A stretch of 64,000 nt of DNA, from positions 4,285,125 through 4,349,124 of the forward strand of contig CM082586.2 in assembly GCA_040954595.2 (NCBI GenBank). The letters run 5' to 3'. Below the pieces are notes generated by a model. The model searched no databases. It saw only the letters and a program-made list of their open reading frames with translations, and was not told the DNA's origin. The DNA is from Balanoglossus misakiensis. Taxonomy: Eukaryota; Animalia; Hemichordata. The translations under genes were made by a program, and so were the position numbers. Shown here piece by piece: positions 27,001 through 40,000 of the stretch; the first letter of the stretch is position 1; every line of letters starts with the position of its first letter.

Positions 27001-30000
27001 CATGGTATATACCTATACAAATGGGACCTAAAAATTAGGAAGACCTAAATTTTTCATTTGTATTCTCACACAACTTTAAGTCTTGTCTGGGTCAGTCTCA
27101 CATTTGCAGAGGGACTAAGTCATCAACTTCTGACATCGTTTTTGGTTTTCATTACAATAAGCTATTTATATTGTTCTGCTCACTGAAACATGACCTGTTG
27201 TTGTGACTCTAGTAACCACTTATTCATGGACATCTCACATGACTTCCATCATTTAGTTTTCAGTCAGTACAAACAATTATATTGCAGACGTATCCTCATT
27301 TTATACCCATGTATGGGGTGGAGACTGAGATGTAACGAGTGGACATATAGCTTGTTGGGGGGGGGGGGGGAGTTTGTCTCTTGACATCACACGTACATAC
27401 CTGCGTACCCACGGATATGTTCACTTTATTGTTTGCCGTCTTCGGTCTTCTTGTTGATGCCTTGGTTCGGGTCTTCTCCAGTAATTTCTTCCTTTGCGTG
27501 AATGGCAAAACACCCCTGCAAAAAATGGCAAAGTCCATTCACTGAGTTCAGAATACTGTAACAGCATCCAGCTTTCACCGGTTTTTGATTTCGCTTTTTT
27601 AGCTGATTGATAAAATCTGCTCAAATAAATCCCAGTGAAAGTGTAAAATTAAAATAGAACTCACTGTTTCAAATTCAAACTCGTGAATTTACCCCGAATT
27701 CACTTCAGATACAAACACACATTAAGCTTGAATTGCCAGATTTAATATATATAAATAACCTTACATTCTGGTATTATGTACATGTAAATGTTTTTTGTTC
27801 CAAGAAAATGCAAAATTTTGCTAGAAGGTTGCAATGTGGTCAAAAATTCAGTAAATATGGTGGGCTGTTCAATCACTCACCACCAGTACAATGCACCAGA
27901 CTCCAACTTGGCGCACGTATACAACGAACAGTTGTACAGCGCTACGATCTTATCCGTCTGGAACTCGGAAAACAGCTGGGCTGGTTGTTCCAGTTTGCCT
28001 GCAATGGCTGACAGACTGTCATCCATCCACGTAGCAACCTGGAGAACAAAGATGTTCAAACGAAATGGTTTTACTCGTCGTCTGATGAAAAAAATCTCCA
28101 CTGTGCAAAACTGTGCAGAACTAAAACACTTGAACATGGAAACCTAACTGTACTTACCTTGCCTGACTCTGTCAGTACTGTTGCTCGCACGTTACAAGAC
28201 GACAGTATCGTTATCTTCTCATTCAGTAAATTCAACGCCGCCGCCTTTGGGTGATGTAAATTGGGATTCTGTTGACATGAGGAATAAGAAGAAAATGGTT
28301 TATAAAGAACAATTTATACTGAGATCAATTTCTACTTGTCATCAGTACAGGCTTCAACCCCCCCCCCCCCCCCCACGCACACACACACATAGTAAAAGCA
28401 TTTTTCTTACCTCTGCATTTCTGTACGGCTCCGACTCATGCCATTTCCATTGATAGAGTTGACCGGTGACAGTGATGGCCACTAATTCACTGTGTAAGGC
28501 TGCAATGTGACTAAATCGCAGGTTTTCACCCTAGAAATCAGACACACATGTATTAGGAAGCAGACATACCAGAGAGGTATACTTGTATCCCTGATCATTA
28601 CTTCAATACAACTACATCACAAGGTACACTGTTAGTAAATTTGAGGCTGCAGTGAAATCTTTTGTAATAGACATCTCTTTACTGAGTATTTGTCTATTTG
28701 GGACATCAAGCCATACCTTATCATTCCACCATTCCGCATCCTCGGCCAGATGCAACGGATTCGGTGCCGGTTGGCTGGCCTTCTTCCCGTCGCAGCTCGG
28801 CCCGTCCGGGTTGGACGACTTGCTGCTTCCCGGCGCCCCGTCCCGCAATCCGGTGTCCAGCCAGCGCCGGTCGCGGACCCGGAAGACCGGATCCCGGTCC
28901 CGGTCGCCGGACTCCCGGTCCCTCTCTGTGGACAGAAGCAGAATGGGCACTGCTTTACAGCAGTTCCAGAAAAAGACAACTGCGTTCGAATTATAAGTAT
29001 TGAACAATCACTTATAACGTGTGTATATATGGTGGGATTTTTTTTTTGCAAAGCTCTCAGATGCCCAATGTCAAGGTCAGCGCGGAAGCGAGCACACCCC
29101 TCTGAAACAAAAGACCCTTAAGCAACCTGCCACACCAGGAAAACCAATTAGAAAGAAGCAAAAGTCTATGGAAAAAAGTGTTTTATTTATTATAGTTATA
29201 CAATCACCTCTAAGCATCTGTAATGTATGCACACTTGTACATGTGATATCATAATCATGAATATTAGTGACTGAAAATGTTGCAAAGTTTTAATAAAAAT
29301 GTAAGCGCAATTGTATGACCTCCTTATAACCTGTGCGACCTTTACATAAATTTATGTAAAGGTCACACAGGGGTCGTCATGAAAGTGACATATATTAGAA
29401 ACTCAAGGAAACAGATAGCAAAAACAAATGTTGCAAGTGGAAACCAGCAAAGATAGAGAGACAAAGACAGAGACTATCTACATACTAGGCGTAGTCTCAA
29501 GGTAACAATAAGGCTCACCAGATCGTCCCAGCGAGCCGCGACTGCTGGGCCTGTTCCTCGATCCGTACACAAACATGTCCTCGGAGAACATGGCGTCGGC
29601 GTCGATTATGACACTGGGGTGGTCGTTGTGAATACCAGCATCTAATAAGGACATTAAGTCATCTACACAAAACCACAGACAGCCAAGTTATTTTCCTGTG
29701 TTAGTTAAACCCTTCCCCCTTGTCATTCAAATCACCTACATGATCACTATGCAACTTCCTGCGAAGAGACACTGTATGCAACTGTCCAGTGTTTTCCACA
29801 GGAATGACCGATATAGTGGACTAGTTTGCATATGATAATGAGTTGCAATTATTTCTCAATTTTGATTGAAGCACAGTGGTTGATACTCAGTAGCTCTTAG
29901 CTGAACACTAAAGGCAGCCATTAAAAACTAATCATTTGACAAGATAAAGCACAATACAGTTGTGTTCTTGAAATAAACTTACCTCCACCTGACATGTAAC

Positions 30001-33000
30001 TTTCGTTTTCATCATCGTTATCACCATCCTCATCATCTCGATTCAGCAAATTGTTCACTGCCATGTTCACATCCAGATTCTGACAAAAAGATGAAAAAAA
30101 ACACACACTCGAAATGTGTCTTCGAATCTCTCTCAACAAATTATTTCCAAGGGTGGTATGTGTGAATGCATGTCAAATGATTCCAATGAAGCTACCGCCC
30201 AAAAAGTCAACACAATTTTCATCCTGTCATGGCTGAACAGTCAAATTGTTAGGCTGTCCCGGCAAGTGCAAAACAATATGAGACAGGCTTCCATCACCTG
30301 TTCGGATAACAGCAATCTGAGAATGGGTGAAAACAAAAAAAAGCCTGGGTCATTCAACTCACCGTTCTCTGCAATTCTCGGATAATAGCGGCCCGACTCT
30401 TGCCCTGCAACACACTCTGCGCCTGTGCCACCAACTCCTCGGGCACCGCAGCGGTGTGCACCGGGGGTCGGGTGCCCACTATCACACCCCCGCGCCCTCT
30501 GGTCTGCGCTCGTACGCAGCGCCCTCTATTTCTGGCAGGCGCCCGTGAGCTGCTGGCGTTTGTGCGAGACGTACACGAACCGCTGCCTGCACCCCATCGC
30601 CTGACAGCAGAAAAGAAATACGTACAGATTATAGAGTGTTAGAAATGCACGGAGGTTAGCAGACTTCTCATAAATACATGACACAATACTCAAGAAACTT
30701 TACAAAGATAAGCTGTTCGACCTCATTTGAGGAAAGACCCATACATACCCAAGTGTTGATCCGAGACCAGCGCCTTCAGAGCCAAGCATAAGCCACGGAC
30801 TCTCTCCACTACGCGAACTGGACCGCCACAATACACGACTTGCAAGACCACCCTTGCCTTTGGCACTGCTGAAGGAAAAATTGTAATATTTTTACGAATC
30901 TGATGTAACTAGTAGTACATTTGGGAGTTGTTTACCACTACCAACACATTTTACAAGTGAAAATCTTATCAATATGCTGTATTTCCATCATTACCGAATC
31001 GTTCTGTCTGGTATATTTAGCCTGATCAATTTAAACACACTGCTGTCACTACCAGCAAGTCTGATATTCGATGTGCGCAAAATATAAAACAGGGCAGTAA
31101 TTCAAGTAATCATAGTTTTGTCAAATATGAATAAATTCAGACGTTTTGTGTACGTACATACATGGCATTCTCCTGTCTACAGAAACAGCTCCTATTACCA
31201 TACACATATGGCAAGTGAAAAACACAAAAACAGACTAACGCTAAATGCACGTTGGTGAAGTAATTGTGGGTCTGTAGGACTGATGTAATAGGATTACCTT
31301 TTATTGGCATCTCCTTTGCTCAGGTCCAGTTTATCCACACTGATAGCATAGCCAACTCTACAGATACGACCATCCTGTCAGTAATTGAAAATACACAATG
31401 GTCAATTCAAAAGCACATTTGTACAATTGAATATCATCCTATTAGAAATACACAGTCACTTGAAAAACTTAAGAAATCATAAAAAATTACACACAGACAC
31501 ACTAGGACATGTGTCAAGAGTCAAAAGTTTTCTAGGTTAAAACAACCTGACCTATGGAACTACTTATACGTCAGATATCTTTTTTTATCGACCATCTTCA
31601 TCAAATATAGATTAATCAAAGAATTTGACCAACCTCAAGAAGAAATGCAATATGATTTGGACCCACAACAATCTCCCTGATTGCTTGATTCTTCAAAGCA
31701 GGAATGGATGAACTAAAATGAGAAAATGGAAACGGATTATTTCACTAAAAGCACTCAGTGACACAAGCCCACCTCATATCGTTTTACAAGTTCAAATCAG
31801 TATAAAAGTAACAATGGCTATGTTTCTGTCATCAATCATCATTACCTCGAAACTCCCTGTCTGTTGATCTTCTCAGCAACTTCTCGGAGTCTGAAATACA
31901 AATGAAATTATTTTTTACATCATTTTACAATTGATGTATAAATATTATATGGACATTGCAGGTGCAAGTTTGTTTCTCCACGTCATTTGTAAATAACTTT
32001 GAATAAATTATAATTATATATTTAGATTCTAAGATGACATCAAATTTTGCGGCCATGAGTTTACAGATCTCTGACTGCTAAAGAGGGTACAAGGTTGGAA
32101 GCGACACACTACACACACTTAGAAAGATAACATGTTTTATTCAATAGCCCCTATACGTGTCCCCTCATTCCAGACAGAATTATTTTAAATATTTAACATT
32201 TGTGGATCAGTTACACATTTTTGTTGCTGAACACATGACTTGTCAGTATAAACAGGTGAAATTTGCATCTGGGAGAGTAGTATTGGTTAGATTTCCTGAA
32301 TTTCTAATCAATCAACATGTCTCTAAAACAACGAACTGAAATGGGATAGGGTTAACCGGCTTGCTAACCTACTCTGAGGACAATTGAAATCTGAAGGATA
32401 CAGTTCCATTTATAAAGATCATGTAATGAACAAGTGCCTCTGATATGACAATTATACATACATTACATGTTTGTGATCACAAGTGATGTTCATCATTGGG
32501 TCGATCAAAGTATTAGAACTATCATGTACAGACTTAACCCATCGTCAGATTTCAACTGTGACTCCCCACCTATGTACAATGTATGCACAAACCGGTACAT
32601 TTACAATATCCCAACCAGACACACATCTTTATGGATTTGTACAACTTTGCTACTCTTTCGAGTTTCCTGGTTTATTTCGAGCCTGGGTCACCCGTGGCGC
32701 TTTCGGTTTACTTCGTAGCGTATTCGGGACGTCACAAACAGTACCGTGGAAAAATAACACCCGTGTGATGATATCAACACCGGAAACTGATCAGTTTAAC
32801 TGTTACTAGCAATCGACGCCACAACAATGAGGTCGCCATATTGGGAAAATTTTCGAGAATTTTGCAACGAGCGAAATTTGGTTTGAAATCTTCGACACAA
32901 CAACGCACAGTTTGGTTTGAGTGAATGCTACTTGTGTGAACATCACATCGCGGTAGGATAACAAAATCGGATGCTTCGCGACGAGCGACTGGGTCATCTT

Positions 33001-33133
33001 ATAAACGCCTTCCGAATAACAGCTGATGGGTGATGTTCATTTCGTCTGGGGGAGCATGGTTAATAACTCACCTATCGTTTAATTGGTCTTCTGTTCCTGG
33101 TAGCGGGTGTATAACAAAATGGATCGAAGTCAT
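12075..33133 (-). CDS. UBR5: E3 ubiquitin-protein ligase UBR5 (EDD/hyperplastic discs), multi-exon, apparently complete
   Basis: First exon [21 protein letters not shown] (ATG 33133); UBA ([18 protein letters not shown]...[12 protein letters not shown], ~30000-30450); UBR box ([23 protein letters not shown]...CDCWEKC, ~21800-22280); HECT ([19 protein letters not shown]) split by an MLLE/PABC segment; C-terminus [20 protein letters not shown]...KTKTFGFV*. Internal exon boundaries not all mapped. Confidence 0.96.
13117..13300. repeat. Degenerate (CA)/(CAGA)-rich simple repeat in a UBR5 intron
   Basis: Interrupted acacacac/acagacag runs. Confidence 0.7.
18860..18950. mobile_element. Short TIR element remnant (ACCCTTTCACCACCATGG family); related fragments at ~5791-5845, ~36150, ~46917, ~57561
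   Basis: accctctcaccacca...tttggactgaaccatggtggtaaaatggt matches taaccctttcaccaccatggtttggtcc at 5791 in both orientations. Confidence 0.45.
22537..22690. mobile_element. Degenerate Tc1/mariner-like MITE; a second terminus of the same family lies at 20608-20636
   Basis: TA-flanked tagtcaaacctgtgttagtggcca...tttaactg TA; reverse complement ggccactaacacaggtttgaccgt at ~20613-20636. Confidence 0.5.
24160..24213. repeat. (CAGA)/(CATA)/(CA) compound microsatellite
   Basis: Directly visible. Confidence 0.75.
26895..27035 (+). mobile_element. Fragment of a microsatellite-plus-hairpin interspersed element (HINE/DINE-like, non-autonomous rolling-circle type)
   Basis: (ACAT/ACAG)n tract followed by stem-loop AGGTCCCAT...ATGGGACCT and an A-run. 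Confidence 0.45.
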
Positions 33134-34056
33134 GATGTTCCCAATGGGATTTACTAACAGTACGTGCCGTTTGCGAGACTATTTCAGGGTGAAATAACCG
33201 CAAAATCACAGAGATTTCGAGGCCAGCTTTGTCGGCGACGCCATCTTGGATTTAGCTACCTTACATTGGAACATGCCTTCCAATTGGCTGGTCATGAATC
33301 CCTCGGGGACTGTTAGTAAGTCATACCTGATTGGTCAAGAGTTCATATTTTTCTGCTCACTTTCCCACGATGAAATATACAAGACGATAGAAATATACAA
33401 GCCGTATATTTCATCTCAAATGCAAATCTTCAGGTCGAGTCCTTCGACTGAGTCCTCTCCAACGATGGGGAGCAGATCGGTTGCAATATGTAATGTAGTC
33501 TTTTGATGTGGTGTTCATCAAAACACAAAAGTTTTAATGATTTTTATTTATTTGAATCATAGAGAGAATATAAAAATCGGCCTAATTCGTCGATAATTTA
33601 AAGGGTTGAAATGTTTTGAACGTTTTAATAACATGAGCCTTACATCCACGGAAAACAAACGAACGACCAATTTTGCTCGTGCAAGAGTAAACATGTTGCA
33701 TTAAATTTAGGGCATATGCAATTTCATTCAGACATGTAAATTTCACGGTTCCTGCCATTACAACTTTGTTTGTGTATTCAACATGCAAAACATTTTATTA
33801 AATTACTAAATAACAAAGTTATCTACTGTTTTTTTTCACATTTTATTGTGATACATATATCTAAAAAAAACGTGATGATAATTTTGAGCGCCGCGCCTGT
33901 GGTGGGGGAAGTCCCAGTCAGTTTCAAACGGAAGTTACGTAGCTGAGATTAGCAGACGCTCAGTCAAAACAGGAAGACGTGTTCGTGTTGTTCGACCGCC
34001 AGCTGTTTGTACAAGGTGGGAGTGTTTTGCTTTGAACGATCGCGTTTGTTGTGAAG
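33134..34056. promoter_or_regulatory. Divergent (head-to-head) promoter region of UBR5 and ALDH8A1
   Basis: Start codons ~920 bp apart on opposite strands; YY1-like CGCCATCTTGG (~33239), CCAAT/ATTGG boxes (~33281, ~33330), ETS-like CGGAAGT (~33929). Confidence 0.6.
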
Positions 34057-37000
34057 ATGTCGGTAGAGGTTGTCGTCGAGAACTTCATAGATGGGAAATA
34101 CGTGCCCAGCGATGCCCATATCGACAGCTATGACCCGTCCACCGGGGTAGTGTGGGCCAAGATTCCGGACAGTGGCGAAAGGGACATCGAAACGGCCGTA
34201 GCCGCTGCGAACAGGGCATTCGCATCGTGAGTAAATAAGATAAATTCATTTTGTTCAGGTAGGATCAATGGTGCGTTTCGGATGGTTTCCTACATTGTAG
34301 GGCCGTGCGCTGTCACTGATCGGACCGTACCAGTACCACCATAGACAGTACGGTCTATGGTACCACACACAGGCTTGACAGTATACTAGTAACTGTCAGT
34401 GTTACATAATATTTGAGTGCAGCGATTGTATAGATCTTTGCATAGAGTGACCATGATCTGTGTCACACACAGTCTTTGTAAAGGTGTGTTGCCCTGAATG
34501 CTCAATACTTGCGCATACATTTTCTAGCACTATTAAAACCTCATGATCTGCCACTAGCACTATGCTTGTGCAGTCTTACTACAGGAGACTGAATAAGTGG
34601 GTGTGGCACCCATTTATTAGTTACCTTATTCACATTTAAACGTACAGCCACAATCCGAGTTTGATTAAATTTTTGGGAACATGCCCAATGCCATAAGCAA
34701 GCCTATTTAAATGGACCAGTGATAAAGTTGAAATTTTGTATATAAACAACCAAACTACATGTAAATGAAACTTTTATCTTTTCCCCCCCAAGATGGTCGA
34801 CAACTCCAGCTCCGGAACGTTCGCGGATCATGCATAAAATAGCTGATATCCTGGAATCCAGACTGGAAGAGTTTGCCAAGATGGAATCCAGGGACCAGGG
34901 CAAGCCAGTCTCACTGGCCAGGAGTGTGGATATTCCCAGGGCCATCTACAACTTCCGGTTCTTTGCGTCAACTATTCTACATGTTAAAAATCAGTAAGTT
35001 GGTCATTGTCAGTGTTATTCAAATGCTCATGTACATGACAAAAATTTGCTGAATGAAGAGATATATATTCCAATGTATTTTTGCAGATCAACAGTCATGG
35101 AAGACAGGGGCTGTATCAACTACACAACTCGTACGCCCGTCGGTGTGGCTGGTTTGATCAGCCCGTGGAATTTGCCGCTGTACCTGTTAACTTTCAAGAT
35201 AGCTCCTTGCATAGCGACCGGGAATACGTGTGTCTGTAAGCCGAGCGAGATGACCTCGGTGACGGCTTGGATGCTGGGGACGGTGTTGAATGAAGCCGGT
35301 AAGTGTTCTTGAGGGTGGTAAGTGTTAACTCGAATTTGGTAAGTCGACATCTAATCAAGTGCTGTATTACTGGTATGCATTGTAGAGAGACAACATTCAG
35401 TGTAATTAAATGTCAGGGAATGTGTTGAATGAAGCTTGTAAGTGAACATGAAGCTGATGAAACAAAGTGCGATCAGTTTTACTGACAGAGAGCCATACAT
35501 GTACATGTAACACATTTCTTTTATGTCTGTGGTCTGTGAGGACGCAAGAAAGTGATCGTGACTTGAGTCAATGTTTTTCACCTTCAGGTTTACCTGCTGG
35601 AGTAGTGAATATAGTGTTTGGAACGGGACCTCGCGCTGGCAGTGCCCTGGTCAAACATCCTGATGTGCCACTTGTGTCCTTCACTGGAAGTACACCCACT
35701 GCTGAGAAAATCAGACAAGACTGTGCTCCTTTCTGTAAAAAGTTATCACTAGAGGTCAGTCGACCGGTCATTAGGGACTCGGAATAGTGTATTTAGTGAC
35801 TAATGCCTTTGTCAAATCCTTAAATATTGCCGTAATAAGACAATTTTCAGTTTGTATTAAAGCTGTCTGATTGATGCTCAAAATGATCGGCAAACACATT
35901 CTGTTTGACTCTCAGCTCGGTGGAAAGAACCCATGCCTTGTATTCGATGATGTGAATTTAGACGAATGTGTCGCCACCAGTGTGAAGTCGAGCTTCGCCA
36001 ACCAGGGCGAGATCTGTCTCTGCAGTAGTAGGATCTTTGTACAGAAGGGTGTCTATGATGCGTTTCTGGAGAAATTTGTCGAAGAGGCCAGGTCAGTGTG
36101 CCAGGACTACTAGTATTATTTTCAGTGCATCAATTTCGATGAAGAATGCATCACCACCACCATGGTTTGGTCCAAATCCATAATGGCAGACCTGGCATTT
36201 TGTTCTTCTGTTGCAGGAAAATCAAAGTCGGCGTACCGTATGAGGACGCCACGAATATGGGAGCTCTTGTCAGCAAAGAACATCTAGCAAAGGTCAAAGG
36301 TTATGCCAGTCTTGCCAGGGAAGATGGTGGAACGGTCCATTGTGGCGATGGGGTGGATCCTGAACCGGACTTGCCAGCGAAACACAGAGGGGTAAGTTTA
36401 ACACTTTAGTATTCACTGTGATTGTCTGATATGAAACTCTTCCCACTCCTGACCCGAAATCTGATGGAACCATGTAATTAAGTTATTTCTTGGTGATGCA
36501 AAGATTGTTCATCTTCCTGTCTTTTATTTGCACTTTCCTAGTTTGTCCTTTGGACATGTCTTCAAAAACTGTCCCAGATTCTTATAACTTTCTTAGAATT
36601 CGAAATAAGACAATTTACACAAACTAAGAAATGAGAAAAATGTTCCTTAAACTTTTGACTGCAATTGTGAAAAAACAAATCAGTCTTTCTGGGTAAGACA
36701 TACACTTTTTCAAGTACATGTAAATCATTCTAAATGCGTCCTTTTATTTAAAGATGCAAAAGAAACAAACACAGATTTTGGTGATACAAATGTCAAATTC
36801 ATATAATGAGCTTGCCATTGATGTGTTGGTCTTTGGTTGGGGCTAGAATAATTTGGGAGTTTATTATCCAAATACACATTTATAAGTTGGTTAAAATTGA
36901 TGTTTCTTTAGAGACAATGGAACGCATGCACAGATGTCCAGCAATGACCAGCTTTCTCATTTTGGCAATTTCACCCCCCAAAAAATCATTAGATAAAAAT

Positions 37001-40000
37001 TCCGGCTAAAAAAACGGTATCAATCAAGTGTTTATGCATATCGCCTGACTATCGACCTGCTTGAAGTCCTGATCAATCTGATATGCCAGTCCACTGCAAT
37101 AACCTTTACCATCTAGTTGTATACCATGATTGATCGTTAAATAAATAACAGAGTGTCTAATCTGTGTGTCAGGGCACTGGCTATTGGGTGCCTGACAATA
37201 GCCTCGGCCTGAACTTTGTACTCATCGCAGCCATTAACAAAAGCTGTAACCTCTGCGAGCTCGCGTCTGTAAATTTCCAAAATCAATAAGTTTCTCTCAC
37301 GCTGCAGTTACTTTGTATCAACAATGACTACCGCTATTCCGAAACCAAATCTGTTAGATGTTCTGGAGAAATTCGGTGAAGGCTCGCTGTACTGTCTGGC
37401 TTGCTCGAAGTTACTGAAGAATCCAAAATGTCTGCCGTGCCTTCATACATTTTGTGAAGGCTGTCTGTTACCAGCGGACGAGAAACAAGAAAATCTGGTG
37501 TGTAAGGCCTGCGGTAAACAGCACGTAATTCCTGATAATGGCATAAAGGAGTTTAAAGACAACCCCTTTATGAGGTCTCTGCTACAAGAAGTTGCAAAGC
37601 TGGAGAAGCAACTCAGTGATCGTGCCGGTGACTTGGGTAACTGCCGATGTGAGGTGGGCACCCATGCTAAGCATATCTGCATACGATGTCGACAGAAGTG
37701 TTGTGATGTGTGCGCCGGTCAACACCGAGATCACTCGCATCTGGTGGTTACTTTAGCAGAGAGGAAGGTGGACAACAGATCAGCGTTGTCTTGCACCATT
37801 CACAAGGAAGAGGAGGTGAAATTATTTCGTGTCATAGACCAGATGCCAGTGTGTGTCTTCTGTGCTGTCACCAAGCATGACAAGAATTTCCTCAAAGATC
37901 TGACTGATGACCTGGTAAAGGAAAAGGCGAAAGACTTGGTACGTGAGGTACGTAAATTAGAGGGCAAGGCCCACGAAGTTGAGAGGAGGGGAAACGACAT
38001 CGCAGCCAACAGCGAAAAGGTAGAAAATACCAACAGGCGAGAAAAAGAGAAGCTGAAAGAGAAAGGCCGGGAGATTAGAAGAGTAATCGCAAGGGAAGAG
38101 CAGAGACTGGCAGATGTACTTACAGAAGCTAACGACACAAAAGTGAAAGATAATCAAACGAGGATGGCGCAACTGGAGATGACGTACGGGTACATCTCAG
38201 TCCTTTGCACTTATGTAGAGAGTATGCTGCAGCAAGGGAAAGAAGGTGGAATTGAACTGCTGAAAAAAAGAGCCAGCCTGATGACCTGCGTGAAACAGGT
38301 GCGTGACACAGATACTCAGCCAGGAATTGATAAAGTGCCATCCACGTTTCAACCCAATAATAACGTGAGTGTCCCTGGGGTGCTTGGTCGACTGACACAT
38401 ACGAAGAAATCAGCATTCAACAGGTTGAATCTCGCAACACTCATGAACATTGTTGTACAAATACTTCTTGTTGTGGTGGTATGTTGGGTGTGGGATCACG
38501 GTCTGCCATGGCTTGCCGCAACCGGGCCAAACTATGCAATAAACGGTTCTGATGTAGTTGTCACAAACACTGGGGATGTCAAAGTTGCCAGAGGTGACTA
38601 CACCCGTTTGCTGGTGAAAACCAAAGACAACCAGAGCGATCTGGTGGTACCATGTCACAAATTAATTGCCCAACTAAGGAATTACGACCAACATGTTCTG
38701 TCAAAACTCCCAGTGGTTGACAACAACAATGGAACGTGCAGTGTCACTGTACCGGGACAAGTAATTGGTAACTATAAAGTAACAATGGCGATTGGAAACC
38801 AAGCCATACAGGGTTCGCCAGTTGATATTTCTGTTATAATGGATGGATTCATGAAGTACGCAACCAGTGGCTCAGCCATAATTGTCACTAACACTGATGT
38901 TGTCAAAGTTCCCAGAGGTGACTACACCAGTTTGCTGGTGAAAACCAAAGACAACCAGAGCGATCTGGTGGTACCATGTCACAAATTAATTGCCCAACTA
39001 AGGAACTACGACCAGCATGTTCTGTCAAAACTCCCAGTGGTTGACAACAACAATGGAACATGCAGTGTCATCCTGCAGGAAATAATTGTTGGAAACTATA
39101 CAGTAACCATAGCGATTGGAAACCAGGCCATAAAAGGGTCGCCACTTAGTATATCAATCACACAACTCTGGAAAACTATAGAAAGTGATGGGTCTACATA
39201 TGGACAATTCAAATCCCCAGTTGGCTTGGCTGTAACAAAAGACTCAGATTTGGTAATTGCTGATACACACAACAATAGATTACAAGTAGTAAAAATAGAT
39301 GGAAATGTCAAGAAAAGTTTTTCATTTTACAAAGATGACAGTGGGAAAATTTTACAAACTTCTGTCAGGAACAGACAGATTTTTTATTTTTTGTTTGTTT
39401 CTTTTCCTTTCTTTTTGTGTTTGTTTTGTTTCTTTTATTGTTTATTTTCAGTAGTTACCTAAAATTTATTTTTGTTGACCACATAGGTAATTGTATCAAA
39501 CTATTTGTTGTTTAGTGGATACAATTTGTTGCAAAAAAGAGTTATGTAATTTTGAGTAAGATGGGTTTCGATTGGTGGGGCCGTGACTCTAGTATGTCCA
39601 GTACATTATGTTGATTCTAATTTCTTTTTTATACAGATGGAACTCATTACAAATAGATTAATTTTAGTTGGCTATTAATTTAATTTGAACTTTGAAGTCT
39701 AATGTTCACTCTTGAATTACATAGTGAAAGTTTGCGACAATTTCCAGACCTACACCAAAATTTAATGTTATAATTCAGCTTTTGTGTAGTATTTGTATAC
39801 CTACCTGTCCAGTGAAATTGAAACGTTTAATATATAATAAGCATTACTTTGTATTGCGAGATGCATTAAGCTAAAATTTTGTAAGAATTTGACTTTTGTG
39901 TAAAAAAGTATTAATCACCGCTTTTGCATAAACAGTGTCAAGTAAATACTCTAGTGTTAATTAGAATCAGTTGACAACACGGAATTAACAACTTTATGTT

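Noticed and set aside
36146-36409. ORF starting MHHHHHG resembling a His tag
   Set aside because: Intronic repeat fragment (caccaccatggtttgg) read in frame into ALDH exon 6
37269-37298. NF-kB-like (GGAAATTTAC, minus strand) and ISRE-like motifs before the TRIM ATG
   Set aside because: Imperfect short matches expected by chance
36391-37324. In-frame ALDH8A1-TRIM fusion protein
   Set aside because: The candidate acceptor is 16 nt from the ATG, so the join is out of frame and soon terminates
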